A DNA stretch of 64,000 nucleotides from Xylographa opegraphella (Eukaryota). The number at the start of each line of letters is the position of its first letter. Position 1 is the stretch's first letter. The notes under the pieces are model-generated. The model was not told where the DNA came from. It made no database searches and saw only the letters and a program-made list of their open reading frames with translations. Below, piece after piece: positions 49,254-63,630 of this stretch. The position numbers and the translations under genes are program-made. The stretch is from NCBI GenBank assembly GCA_022813865.1, contig JALDZX010000030.1, positions 1 through 64,000 on the forward strand, read 5' to 3'.

Positions 49254-51635
49254 GCACGGTGGTTTCAAGTATCATTCGATGCAGGTGTGATCTCCTTGCG
49301 CTCTGAAATTGGCAGATCAGGTTCATCAAGACTTTCCTTGAAACGTTCCGAGGTTGTCATACAAATGTATACATACACGACATGTCATCAGTTGGATGGA
49401 AAGCAATTGAATGAATTCTGGCGACCAGCCATACGACCGAACTTCGGTCTCTTCAGTTTGGGGGAGCAAATGACAGCCTCTTACCTGTTTTGTAAGGATT
49501 CAGCGTAGATGGGGGGTTTTGTTGGACTGGCACTACTACCTTACAGTAGAATCACCTATTTCCTGCGAGCGAGACGTTCGAAAGGCCTACTTGTTGAAAA
49601 TCTGGATCGAGTGGTACCTAAGGACTATATGGATGGCGTTGAACGCCTCAATCGGACAGCCAGCTCACAAGTGGCGTGAGCTCTGTCCAACCCGCTACAT
49701 ATCTTCTACATGACGAGATCCTTTATGCCCGAGGCTTATGATAGTACTGTTTGTCTTAGTTGATACAACACGTCTGTGATGATGTTCAGGAATATGACAA
49801 GATATTGAACATCTGCGTATATCTCACCCTGGTTTTGGGTCGCGTGAGTACCGCTGTACTGTCCGGATGCTCTTAGGTGATGAAAACTTTCCTGCCCATG
49901 AGCTGCTCATTGCTTGCATGTGGAGATTGTTTATTAGCATAGACTACCCAATAATCTAGTTTGACGAATGAGTTTCAGTTTTCACCGTGTCTATATCTTC
50001 AGGACGGTCATGTTGCTTTTCGTGGTCTATATTTTAGAATCTATGCCCCTGATGAGTAACCTAGAAACTCAATTATATCTTTTACGTTTTTCCATAGGCG
50101 CCTTGTCCGTTGCTTGATTGCGGTAAGAATTGAGATTTGTCGAGTTATGGAAAATAATCGTGGAGGGACCTCCAGTCCTCATGATCGCCTCCGGAAGTTT
50201 CACAATCACAGCAGTACGTTGTTGGCAACTAAGTGTCCAGGCTATATCGTGTCGGAATATAAGCAAACGATCCAACGGGGACAAGGCCTCTATGCTCGAG
50301 CGTATTTGCTTGTAGCATCGTCGGCTGTGAGCGCAGCTCGATCTCCTACCGCCATGCGAAGTTCCCCCACTTCGACCGATCCATCACCGCTGGAAGGCCC
50401 TCCCAGGCACCTACCCCTCTAATCTCCATACTCTCCAAACATTGTTAACATTCTAAGCATAGTACCAGGAATAGAATCCGCATGAAGTAGTGATTCTTTT
50501 GCCACGCCGGCTGCCCTGGTGACCCAGAAGCCTTACCAGAGGTCTACTGGGGCTCATGTCTGCCATCACCCCATGACTCAAGTCCTTGTTCGAACACTAG
50601 TCTCCGTAATATCGGCTTCGTGCACTCGATGGATCAAGCCAGCTCTTCGTATACTTCCTCGTCGACACTCTCGTATCACAGATTGTCAGGCTGTCTTTCC
50701 TAGCCTCGGTTGGTGAGCCTAGCAGGTAGAGGCCTCGTCTTCTATTCTTTTGCGGCCGGGATCAAAGCTACTATTCCAGATTGCTTCAGGTATGTCACTC
50801 CTCCCAATAGGAAACTTGTCCTTCAGAATTCTCGACTTCGAAGGGGGTGAAAGCTGATGGTCAGATGCCGTCTGAGCTGAACACCATCTAGACTCGACTC
50901 GGTGATGAAGCATTAAACATTGTTCCAGCTACCCTTTCCATATAAACGAAGATATGGTCATATGACTCCGGCCACCTTGGTTGTAAATGGTAGGCTCCTA
51001 TGTATAAAGATCGAGGCCCGGAGTTGTCCAACTGTGCTGCTTATACTGGCCGGCTGGATGAAGGCGATGCATAAAGCATCGAAGCTCCATTGAAGGCAAT
51101 TTATATTCCAAGCATTACTTTGGCGAGCTGTATGTCAATATTTGACCTGATCTGACGAAATGCCCAGTAAAGGCCCATGACGAGTCCCTGAGCGGGTATA
51201 GGGTGAGCGCTGCTCTAGGACTACCGTTATGTGGCACGGGTGAATGCCGCGCCTGTCCAATATCGTTCGATCTGAATGTGACCGTCTCCATTCCGCTATT
51301 TGACGGTAAGGATATCTGGCTACTCTGAGACTTTGTACGGCGATCACTAAGGTAATTTCGTATTTGTTTTCGGCGTGGCCCCAAAGTTATTCCATGAATG
51401 AATAGAGTTCAGCCTCAGATCGGTGTTCAACCAATGATCTGCAGAAATTATGTCATTGTCTTGGTGAACCCTGGCCAAGCGAGCAAACATAACTTCGTAA
51501 ACTCAGCACTTCGAGATCCAAAGCTCTCTTCAACTTTGTCTTTGTGGCGCGCATTTGCAAAGATAGACCGAGAGTATTCGAGCCGTTGTCAGTTCTATAA
51601 GATTGCCTCTCACAAATAGTTTCAAGCCCCAAAGT

Positions 51636-53196
51636 ATGCCAGTCGAGTCAGATGAGACCTCGCCACTTCTCGAGAATGGTCATGGAGGTGACGAGAGAAA
51701 GGTGCCTTACATCCCTCAAAAGCCAACATAGATATTTCACTGATAGTCTTCTGGAACTAGCTGGTCAAATTCGAGGAGGACGACAAGGAGAACCCACGAT
51801 GCTGGTCTAAATCAAGAAAGATGACTAACGTGGGCATAATAGCACTGATGGCGGGTAAGTCATTGTACCCTGCACTGCATCGTATGTATACTGATATCGA
51901 AACGTAGTCCTCAGTCCTTTAGCGAGCTCAATGTTCACCCCCGGCATTGATCAGATCGCAAAAGATCTGGGCGCTACTCAACAACAAATCATTGGCGCTA
52001 CTACTGGCTTTGTGGTCTTCCTCGGGCTAGGGCCTCTGATTCTTGCACCTTTATCGGAAACGTTTGGACGACGGAAACTGTACCTCATTTGCTTTACATT
52101 TTTTACCTTATTACAAATTCCCACAGCGCTAAGTCCGAACGTTGAAACCCTTGTTGCTGTCCGGACGATATCGGGTTTCTTTGGCAGTGTAGGTATTTCT
52201 AACGGAGGCGGTACCATCAGCGATATGTTCAAGCCTGAAGAGCGTGCTAGTATCTTCGGCTGGTACCTATTAGGTCCCCTCCTCGGTCCTACCCTTGGGC
52301 CTCTGTTCGGTGGGCTTATTGTTCAGTACCTAAGCTGGCGCTGGGTCTTTTGGATCCTTCTCATTGTTTGTGCTGTCAATACCGCTCTTGGTTATCTCTT
52401 CCTAAGAGAATCTTATGCTCCAGTTATTCTTGAGGCCCGGCGTGAAGCTTACGAGGCTTCCTCTGACTCGAACACTAAATTCAAGTTTGATGGTCAGGAC
52501 GATCGACCATTCCGAACTAAGATTCTAGAATCAATGCAGCGTCCTTTGAGGATTCTTTTCACACAGCCTATAGTGTTGACCATGGCGATATATCAGGCCA
52601 TTCTCTTTGGCACAAACTACACACTTTTCACAAATTTTCAAGATATTTGGGGCGAGGGATACGGTTTCAGCACTACGAAAGTGGGTCTCCTGTACCTAGG
52701 CCCTGGCCTGGGCTTCCTTGCAGCGGTCTGGTTCATCGTCCCGAAAATAGACACCATTTACAATAGATTGACTAAGCACAACAACGGCGAGGCAAAACCT
52801 GAGTACCGCCTCCCTCTTGCCAATATCGGCTCTGTATTCATACCAATTGGCTTGTTCTGGTTTGCCTGGTGTGTGGAATATCATGTCCACTGGTTCCCAA
52901 CTATCCTCTCAACCTTTTTCTTCGGGATCGGTCAGATCACTGTTTTCAACACGGTCCAGAACTATTATATCGACTCATTTTCCAAATATGCAGCCTCAGC
53001 CATAGCAGCAGGCGCAGTCTTTCGAAGCCTAGTCGGAGGAATCATCCCACTGCTTGCGCCAGGCTTGTTCGATCGGATCGGATACGGCTGGGGATTTTCA
53101 GTCTTTGCGTTTGCAAGCCTCACCTTAAGCCCAAGCCCACTACTGTTTTTCTATTTTGGCGAACGCTTAAGAAAACGATTTGCTATTGAATTATAG
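51636..53196 (+). CDS. MFS drug:H+ antiporter (DHA1 family), 3 exons
   Basis: MPVESDETSPLL..|LVKFEEDDKENPRCWS..|PLASSMFTPG, APLSETFGRR, GPLLGPTLGP, LRESYAPVIL, PEYRLP, YAASAIA. Confidence 0.92.
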
Positions 53197-53865
53197 TATT
53201 CGGGTAGACTCATTACCAGAGATGGTGCACCTTTGCGACACGAGGATATTGTGCAATAGAGCATAGACAAGTGCTTGAGTAAAGGAGACCAGTGGTGGGA
53301 GTTGAGGTGACTAGGCGGGTACCCAACTTAGCACAAATAGACTCGAGAGACCAAGGCGTTTGTAGGGCCTTATGTCTGTACGACCCCGAAATTGTACGGT
53401 AGGTAAAGAGATGCTATGGCTACCTTAGTTCGAAGGGCCATTAGTCGAAATATAGTTATTTTCAACTTAAAATGTTCCGTCCAAGGTAAATACTTGATTA
53501 ATTGGGGGAGCTTCGACGCTCGCACAGGTTGACCTTAAGCCGCCGAATCATGGTTGAGTTCGACTTCTCATTCCCATTGCACGTACGGGAGATTATGGCT
53601 TTTTCAACTGCTCTCAGCCTTATTATGGGCCACATGCTGTGGCTCAAATTGAGCCTGAGCTCAGCACGGAAGTACCCGCCGCTACTTCCTCTAGCGTAGA
53701 GATTTGACCAGCCCGAATTAATGAGGGTTTGATTTTCTCGTTAGGCATTCTTGAAGCGACAGGTTCTCCGCAACTCCCCAGTTTACCACCGACTGAAAGT
53801 GAAGTCCCTGAGACAGTGCCAAATCTTGACGACCGACTCTCAAAGTAGTCGTCGCGTCCTGGACA

Positions 53866-55103
53866 ATGGCACCTGCGGTAGTGGAAGCAGTCGCTGGTTC
53901 CGCTGCGAAGGATTTTAAGAGAGAATCAACTACTGCCCGCTTGCTTGGGTCAGGTATAGAGCTTGACCCTTTTCTATAGGCCACAGCTGATCTTTCTAGG
54001 AAGTGCCGGCATCGCAGAGTTGGCCATCTTCCATCCGGTAAACTATGGATCGAAATCCTGTTCTCCTTCGCACTAATATCTCGACAGGTCGATACAATCG
54101 CCAAACGGTTGATGAGTAACCAGGGCAAAGTCCGTTATTGTCCAAGAATTGAGAGAATTCCAGCTAAAATTTGCGTAGATAACTTCCACATCACAACTGA
54201 ACACCGTTATATTTAAGGACTACGCAAACGCAGCGATTGGTCGCAAATTCACGTCCCTCTTCCCTGGCTTGGGCTACGCTGCTGGCTACAAGGTTGGATT
54301 CTGCGCAGAGTCTTACGGTTGTGGTTATAGCTTATGCCCGGTTTAGGTTTTGCAAAGGATATATAAATATGGCGGTCAACCTTTTGTGCGAGATTACCTG
54401 GCTCTACACCATGGCGATCGGTTTGATAGTGCTTTTGGCAAAGGCACTGGGAAAGCCATAATGCACGCTACAGCTGGAAGGTATGTTTATCTCGAGGTGA
54501 GCGACTCGAGCTATCTGCTAACCGTAGCACAGTTTAATTGGCATTGGAGAAATAATATTATTACCACTGGACGTTCTCAAGATTAAGCGGCAGACAAATC
54601 CCGAAGCATTTAGAAGTCGAGGCTTCTTTCGGATTGTAGCTGACGAAGGAATGGGTCTCTACCGAGGGGCGGGCTGGACGGCTGCCAGAAATGCGCCGGG
54701 CTCGTTTGCGGTATGTATACCTTTATATTGTTGGTCTTGGACTTCCAAACTAATACATTACCTACAGCTCTTCGGTGGTTCCGCCTTCGCAAAGGAGAAG
54801 CTCTACAAACTCACCGATTATAATACCGCTACATGGCTCCAAAACTTCGTAGCGTCTATTGCTGGAGCTTCTGCATCCCTCATTGTTTCCGCGCCTCTTG
54901 ATGTAATCAAGACTCGAATACAAAATCGAAATTTCGAGAACCCAGAGAGCGGTTTCAAGATCGTCAGTAGCATGATGAGGAATGAGGGGATTACCAGTTT
55001 TTTCAAAGGGCTGACGCCGAAGCTGCTAATGACAGGGCCGAAGCTGGTCTTTAGTTTTTGGCTAGCACAGACACTTATTCCGGCATTCAACAAAGTGGTG
55101 TAG
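53866..55103 (+). CDS. GGC1: mitochondrial GTP/GDP carrier (Ggc1/Yhm1), multi-exon
   Basis: ESTTARLLGS|GSAGIAELAIFHP|VDTIAKRLMSN, SLFPGLGYAAGYK|VLQRIYKYGGQP, PLDVLKIKRQTNPEAF, PLDVIKTRIQ, GPKLVFSFWLAQTLIP. Confidence 0.95.
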
Positions 55104-56663
55104 CGAAGGTATTGTGTTTCTGCTGTATCATAGAACTTTACTAATGGAGACTGACACACTGTTGACTGATTGGGGTAATCATGGGTTCGAAATGGGCTTA
55201 TGACGGAAACTCCACTTCGATGTTTCGAAAGTTCGTGTGTATATAGATTTTATAGAGAACGTTTTCTTCCGCTTCCACCGTTGTGAAATCGTGACTTAAA
55301 ATGCCATACATATAACTATTCTATTATTCTGAGTATCCTCGTTACAGTCCCAAAGCCAAACGCCTTTTCTTCGCTGCCCACTTCCCAAATCCCTCGACTC
55401 CAATCTCGAATGGCAGCCACTTTTCCCCGATACAGCTTCATAATATCCAAGTCCGTATTTCTCTTTCCTCCGCTGTCCCCGCCCCAAGTCGGTCCGCTTT
55501 GCGCCTTCGTTTGCATCCTCGATCATCTGGGCTATGCTCGGCTTCGTACTAAGGCACCCCACTCTTCGCACACTCAATGGATTCCACAGCGCTAAGACAT
55601 CGCCGACAGCCTCTGCTCTACTTGTCATTTTTGGTCGTGGTCGATACCAGGCTAACCGGCATGCAGGTACTTGGACCCCGTCTTTGCCATCACCATTGGC
55701 GTTTCTGCAGCGGCGGTGCGCATACGGCGCGAGGAAAAGGAAAAGGGTAGAGAGGTGGGAGAAACATTGGAGGCGTTGAGGAGGTGAGTCATATGGGGCC
55801 TCTGTGGTCTGAGAATGGGTACGAAAGCGGGCCGGCCGGCAGACAGGAGGGTGAAAGGTGAGAGTGATAAGAAGGGCAGGGCCGAGGATGATGGGATTAC
55901 GAACGTGGGTAGAAAGTGGCTATGGAGAGTCTCAGTCGGCGAACTGGGAGGGAGTGGGAGGATGATGGGAAGAAGGGAATGTTTTCGAGGAGGAGCAGAG
56001 CTGAAAATTGCCGGATGAGACTTGATGGCGAAGCTACTGAGAACGAGGCTGACTGGAAGCAGAAGACTAGGTTTCGCTGCTTCTGCTGCGTCGAAATTAA
56101 CAAAAGAGGGGGAAGAGAAGACCGAGCTTGGTGCTGTGGTCGGGAATGTGGATTGAAGGGACATGGCGAGACGCATTCTTAGAGAGCTCTTTGAGGCTGA
56201 TTAGGACTCCAACATCTGCGAGCACTATGGCACAATCCGGAAAATGAATTGGAGACCTGAAAAACAGACCTGAGCAGCCCCAAGTGCGTCTGGAAGGGGG
56301 GGGGGGCAGTTTTGGGACTTGGTGGAGAATCTTGCGTCAACAAGGCACATAAGTACCCCTTATGGAGACGCAGCATAGCAAAGAATGCGTGGACGGGCCT
56401 GAACGGAATCTTGAATATGTAGCAGTATCCTGTAATAAGCACGCCAACAGACGCAGTTATGCCAAGTAAGGTTGACCGTCGTGCAGAGCACAAGCGTCTT
56501 TGTAATAGCTAACGATGCTGGCCACCTCACACATCATTCACCCGTGCCCTTCAGCCTCTCCTTCCCGCATCATAATGGTAAAAGAAAATATCCCCAAAAA
56601 GTCCCAGACACCCTCGCCTCCCATCATTCCAAGCTCCAGTACAGTGGTCATGGAATGGGCGAT

Positions 56664-57159
<496 letters not shown>

Positions 57160-57747
57160 AGTAGTGGTATGAAGTTGGTATTTCTTATTTGGTGATGGTA
57201 GGAGTGTGCAGGTTCACTAGGCTCGTTGTCGTGGTTAAGGACCCGAAGTTGACGGAGATGTAGGTTTGGACAGTCACGATTAGGCAGCGGGGGATTGTGT
57301 CAGTCACGGTAGGATAATGCTTAGCGCCAAATCAGAAGGCGGCGGTGAGCACTGGGAGCTTCTAGCTTTTTGATCACGAAGAATCCGTGAAATGACAGAG
57401 GAAGTTAAGTCAGCAGGGGAAGTCACCTACTTTGTTGAAATCAGAGGTGTTGATGACTCCAAAGTGAATCCCTACAAGTCGTCATCCTTTGACCCAACAA
57501 TCAGGCGCTTTGAGCCATCATGTGACGGTTCATTGTGAGGCTGTGATCGGATGGGATCTATCGGTCCGTCGTTATTCCTAGCTCGATCACTCGCCAAGCA
57601 CAACTCAGTAGCATCATCAATTTCGAAGAGCGCCCCACACTGGAGCGCAAGACAAGTACAATCTGGACTATCAATTGGAGATTTCCTTGAATCCGATGAA
57701 TTGTGTGTAGCTACGGAAGCTTCAAACAATCACGATTGCTTCTCAAA

Positions 57748-59092
57748 ATGACAGCAACAATCAGTTGCGTATCAAGAACACTACCCTTCCTACCTCGAAG
57801 AGTCCTGCGAACACAAAGATCTGTCTACCAGCATCACCACCAACTTCGTAGTGCGTCAGTCCGTCGTCGTGATTCAGCAGACCCACCGCTATCAATATCA
57901 AATGGTATTCCGACCACCTCCAAACCCGCGTCACCCAAGGGTGTTTGGGCCCCCAAAACTCGCCTTGCTGTTGGCGTTATCTTTGTGGGCTCGATGATTT
58001 ACTCCATGGTTTGTCCACCCATCTCTCTTCGCACACCTCAACTAACTCACAACATGCCAGCTCTCCTCTCCGCTCCAACCTGTCCCAGAGCGGACTGAGT
58101 CCCCCTCCATTGCAGACCTCGACTCTCGCCGCAAGCGAGAGTCAGGAGTAAGCTCTACTTCTCCGATGCGTCTCCGCATGGAAGCGTTCATAAAGGAACA
58201 ACAAGAGCTCATAGTTCGTGAGCTCGAGAAAGTGGATGGTGGGAAATTTCGCAAAGATACTTGGACCCGACCGGCTGGTGGAGATGGTGTGTCTTGCGTG
58301 CTTCAGGATGGGAAGGTATTCGAGAAAGCAGGTGTGAACACTTCTGTTGTCTACGGTACATTACCTCGTGCCGCTATAGCCAAAATGCGCGTGAACCACA
58401 AAGCTCTGGATCCCGATATTGACTCTCTTGAATTTTTTGCTGCCGGCTTAAGCCTGGTTCTACATCCACAAAACCCTATGGCACCTACCGTCCATCTTAA
58501 TTATCGGTACTTCGAAACAATGGACAAGAACGGCGATGGCAAAGCATGGTGGTTTGGAGGCGGTACTGATCTGACCCCTAGCTATCTTTTCGAAGAGGAC
58601 GCCATACACTTCCACCGTACTATCAAGGACGCCTGCGACAAACACGACCGAGACTACTACCCTCGCTTCAAAGCCTGGTGTGACAAGTATTTCTTCATCC
58701 CACACCGCGGCGAGTCCAGAGGCGTAGGCGGCATATTCTTTGATGACCTCGACGAAGAGGCCAAAGACCAAGAAGAACTGTTCTCATTTGTGCAACATTG
58801 TTTGGAAGCCTTTCTGCCCAGTTATATACCTATAATAGAGAAACGGAAGGATATGGCGTTCGGGCCATGCGAAAAGGAGTGGCAGCAAGTGAGGAGGGGA
58901 CGCTACGTTGAATTCAATCTCGTGCATGATCGTGGTACGAGCTTCGGATTGGCTACGCCCGGTGCAAGAGTGGAGAGTATTCTGATGAGTCTCCCATTGA
59001 CGGCGAGGTGGGTGTATATGCACGAGCCTGAGAAAGGGAGCAAAGAAGACAGGATATTGGGGGTGCTTAAAAACCCTGCCGCGTGGATCTGA
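57748..59092 (+). CDS. HEM13: oxygen-dependent coproporphyrinogen III oxidase with N-terminal presequence, 2 exons
   Basis: FEKAGVN, HPQNPMAPTVHLNYRYFE, WWFGGGTDLTP, RGVGGIFFDD, RRGRYVEFNL. Exon 1 57748-58008, intron 58009-58060 keeps frame. Confidence 0.96.
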
Positions 59093-59446
59093 AATGCAGT
59101 GTCTGGACAAGGACGTCAGCAGCATCGGGCGGACCATCCTAGGGTGCACGGCATTGCATGGGCTCCGTACGAGCACTTTCTTGGCACATGAACAAAGGGC
59201 GGACTTGTATTATTACCTGCTGTAACCTAGGTAGAGAAATCTACCAAATCCAAAGGGGGTATAAAGCTTTCCAGGAAAATCCACTCCCAATTTTACATCT
59301 AACACCGGCCCCCATTGGTATGCTGAAAACACCGAAATACCTTAGTAGGTAGGTAGGAATGACTCAAAGGAAAAATCCGAAATGCGCATGCCGACCACCA
59401 CCATCACGCTAGCTTTGCACAAAGGTCGGGAGCCTGCCCAGACCAC

Positions 59447-62400
59447 CTACTTTGATCGTACGGCAGTTGCTTGATTCACAGCATATCTCTGCTTATTTAA
59501 GAAGCCCTTTGTTTCCGTACGTCGCGCCAAAGTCACGTTGCCCATCTGGAGCCTGCTCGATAGATCGTGGAAGGCGGTCGCCATAAGTCGATTCTCCCGC
59601 TCTAAGCTTTCAACCTGCCGTTTTAGGATGATCTTCATGGTGTTAGCGCTGAAAGTCGAAATGTATGCGAATACCTTGCGAACCTGATCTTCTGCATGTG
59701 GCGTTACAGCTGATGCTTTTGCTTCCGCCTGCTTGAGCCGTTCTCGCAGCGTCTTTAACTCGACGGTTTGCGCTTCGATTTGCTAGGATGTGAAGTTAGC
59801 AAGCCGCTTAATCTGCTCTTGCGCTTTTCTTGTGATGAAGTTGTGTGTGCAGTTGCGGGCTTTGCAAGTATTTCATAAGGGTGAGAAAGCGTGACTTGGT
59901 GTACCTCTTCCGTTAATGCTAGCCGCTTGCGAGTCTTAATGATCTTTTGTGCGAGACTGTCCATGTACTCCTCCAAGCTGGCTTCGTTATACGCTGGACG
60001 GACGAGATCTGTCGAGGAATCTCTATCGAGAGGTTGTCCTATGGCTGCCTTTATTTCATCAAGAGTACTTTGGAGATGTTCGCCGCTGATAGACTCGTCT
60101 ACTGACTTGCGCTTGCGAGTTAGCAATTCGCTGCGAAGCATCGTGTTCTTTTCACTCAGGTCAATCTCGAGTACTGCGATTCGCTCGTTCAATTTGGTAA
60201 TTTCTTCTTGCTGCAGTTCCAGCTCTTGGGCATTGAACTTCTTCACTTCTTGCAAGGCATCGAGCTCATCTTTTCCAGCAATAGATTCTGCTCCTTCGTC
60301 AGTATATTCATTGATAATCGACAAGGCGGATGGCCTACGGTCGAGCTGGGCTTCGCGGAGCTGTTTTCCGAGAAAGTGGTTGTGCGCTGTAAGGTCTCTT
60401 ACAAACTGTTTGTGTTTCTCTACTTCCTCCCGCAACCTTTTGTATATTTCGGTACTATTTGGCTTGTTAGTAAAATAAATTAACTGAATAGAAGAGCCAA
60501 ATACTAACGCTTCCATAGGTTTCCCAGCTGCCACTTCGGTCAAAGAAGACTCAAGAGTTATTTTGTCATGGTAGCTCTCGAAGTACCTATGTTCGAGGTC
60601 GCGGTAACTCATGATAGACTTCTCGAGCTTCTGATCTAGAGCGCTGACGTGCATGTCTGCAGCTGCGATAGCTCTCGCAAGTTGGCGATTCTTATTTTGC
60701 AAATCTGCGACCTGCTCCTGTTCCGCAGTGGTTTCACTAGTTTCAAGCTCTTCATCGAGGGGACCTAATCCGTTGGGACCAGATGTACGTGGAGAATCTA
60801 ATCCAATTGGTCCTTCCATGAGATCTATGATCCTGTCCTGGTCCTTCGCGTGTTGTGCTGCAGCTGCATCACATCGTTTACTAAGCTCTGCGTTGTCGAT
60901 TTCGAGCTGTCTCATCTTATGCTTGAGATCGTGACGATCTTGTTCAACTCTTGGTAGAATGGTCTCATACTCAGTAATCGTTTTTTTCAAGGCAGTAACT
61001 TGCTTTGCTGCTTCTTCGTATTCCTTCAGCTGCTCACGAATTTCGTCAACTTCACCGCGAACAAGCTGGTTTTGTCTTTCCAGATCCGAGCTAGCCAGCG
61101 CTTTTTGCTTGTACTTATCAACAGTATTAGCTTTCCTTGCCTGCTCATCTCTGTCAATCCTGAGCATGTCAAACTTGTCCTGGAGGGCTTGATAGTCTGC
61201 TTCTGATTTTTGGAGTTTTTCCTCCTATTGTAGGGTCAGTCAAAGAGGTCCTGATTCTGCTAAACAAGGAATACTCGCATTCTTTTGCATATTTTCTTTA
61301 CTAGCACTATAATCGAAAAGCTGCAGTTCTTGATTCGCGATAAGCTCTTCTTGCTCTTTACTTTACTAAGGTCAGCAGAGAAGAAATTTTGGTACAGATA
61401 CTTACATCTTTTTCTCCAAATCTTTTATATACATTTCTCCACCCGACGAAGCTGCAGAGGCTTTGTGCTCGAGCTCATCTACTGCTGCCGTGAGGCTCAA
61501 TTGCAAAGTATCCTAGAAAATGTTCAATACCAAATTTGCACATCTTTGATGGTTTCTCACGTTGTTTTCCTGAAGTCTTTCTAACCGGTCGCCATAACCC
61601 TTCAGCTGTTTCTGCAAGTCCTTATTCTCCTTAGTCAGAGCATCATTCATAGCCGTAGCTTTACTCAGGCTCTCCTCGAGAAGTAGTTCTCGATCCATCG
61701 TCAGCTTCAATGATGAGATACTTTCATTATCCAGAGGAGACTCTCTTTCCGTAGTGGGCAGTGTATCTTCATCTTCTAGCTACATGACGGTCAGTGTTTG
61801 CGTCGAGAGGTAGACCACAGGAACAAGTACGTCTTCTATAATCCTCTTGACTGATTTCTGTGATGGCTCACTGAGGTACTGCAAGGTCCGTACGAAGTTC
61901 TCGTTGTCGGGCGAGCTAACTACAGCGATGAGAACGAGCTTCAGTAGCTGTATTGTGTAATCAGTGTACTGTTCTGCAGAGCCATATTGCTCTAGGCCTG
62001 CCTTGATCGTTTCTGTTGTAGCATCTCCGACAGCTATGAGCTTGATATCCCCCCAGCCAGGCCCTTGAGGTAGATTCCGTCCGCATTCTCTGACATAGGA
62101 TAGAAGGAACTTGCTTATTTGCTTCACTATATATGAAGTCAGCTTGCTAGACGTTCAAGCGAAATTCTGAGACTCACAATTCTGCCATCTTAAAACCCAA
62201 TTGCCGGATTTTTCCCTTCCCTCGGGTAATTCACCAGCAAAGTATATAGGGTCCAGATGGTCTAGGCCCAAGAGTCAATTTGTGAAAGGTGTATAACAGA
62301 AGGAGCACCAACGGAGAACCTCCCAAATAATATGTCCATCATTTAAGTTGTTTAAAGAAGAGACCGTTTCCGAAACTGGCAGACTGTTGATCTGGAGAAT

Positions 62401-62538
62401 AGTAATCATATTAGCATTAATTCTCGAGTCGTACCGGTCACACCGATCAGGCCGAAAGCAACCACACATCGTCAGACGTACCCATTCCAGAAGGGCCGCC
62501 CCTTCAGCTGACAGGCGATCTTTGCGCACCTGGTTCAT
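59447..62538 (-). CDS. Hook-like coiled-coil protein (HookA/Hok1-type early-endosome motor adaptor), multi-exon
   Basis: N-terminal Hook-like ALLEW|INSL..LNDGHIIWEVL..NWVLRWQN..LLKLVL, long heptad coiled coils, C-terminal LERENRLMATAFHDLSSRLQ..FLNKQR. Confidence 0.75.
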
Positions 62539-63177
62539 CGTATTTTGTGTATGATTGGTTGGACGCAGAATTTAGACGATGAGCAAAAAGCGAGTGGAAG
62601 TACAGCATTATGTCAATCAACCTACAGGCAAGTTCTGATTATCTATGACTTTCCGGGGTATGGGAGGACTCGATAAAGGGTGTTTGTCTGGATTCGGCGC
62701 TAGTGAGTATTGCAAGAATGGGATTCCTTGTCTACCAATGCAGATGCGGTCGTCGAGTGTCCGTTCCTTTGATTACGTTGGAAACGCTACATTTCCGACT
62801 CCGAAACGGGCATCAACGGAACAAAGACACTACAGTATATGATCCGGGCTTGGGCTAGATGAACTAAATCATTTGAAAATTCTCATATTGAAATTTAGCT
62901 ACACCACTGAATTGTGACACCAACGTAAAGCCCTCGGAGTTCCGACTCCACCCAGGTCAAGCATCGACCTTGGCGTGTTTGGCCAGTAGGTTCCAGCAGG
63001 CTCATTAATTCGACGCCTTCCCCTCAAGCCCAGTCCAGTTTCCGTATCCACCAACACCATGTGATGCCTTCGTTAAACTCTGACGTTTTGTTGAAACCGA
63101 GTAAGTGTAATATAAGAGAAGCCACTCAATAGCTCCACATGAAGGTAGATTGATCCAGCGAAGTATGGAGCAGCTCA

Positions 63178-63630
63178 TCAAGACGCGGTCACAACGCTAT
63201 CCTCCTCGATGGTGGGTTGGAAGTCTGAAGACAACGCATGAACTTTGTCTAGTATCTTGACTGATGCCTTTACTGCAAAGCCTCTGTAGGTCAATAGTTA
63301 GCACAAAGGCAAGATAGTACGAAAGTTTCAGTATTATTATACTTGATAAGCTCTATAACATGCATTAGCAGATATACAGAGTATCACGAGAATTTCATTT
63401 TGACTCACCATATTCATGCGTAATTACACCACCCTAGAATCTCAGATCAGTATCGGTGTTTGTCACAAGGTAACGAGACACACCGCAGATGTGATGGCCA
63501 GTTTTGCTTCATCGAGAACGGATTCGGGGGTATTGCTGGGATAGGTGATGACCACTTGCTTTTTCGGAAGTGCGGCGGTTGCGGAAAGAACCAGGAGAGC
63601 GAGAAGAACGGAAAAAATGTAGAGTTTCAT
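63178..63630 (-). CDS. small secreted peptidase inhibitor I9 (subtilisin-propeptide-like), 4 exons (not in ORF track)
   Basis: MKLYIFSVLLALLVLSATAALPKKQVVITYPSNTPESVLDEAKLAITSA|GGVITHEY|ELIK|GFAVKAS..PTIEEDSVVTAS*; three GT-AG introns with branch points. Confidence 0.88.

Noticed and set aside
49500..51500. 2-kb interval with fragmentary ORFs, possibly a gene relic
   Set aside because: No family motif recognised; needs BLASTX to decide.
55296..56493. 174-aa S/P/L-rich minus-strand ORF and neighbours between GGC1 and ATG8
   Set aside because: Composition reflects a CT-rich tract; no domain evidence.
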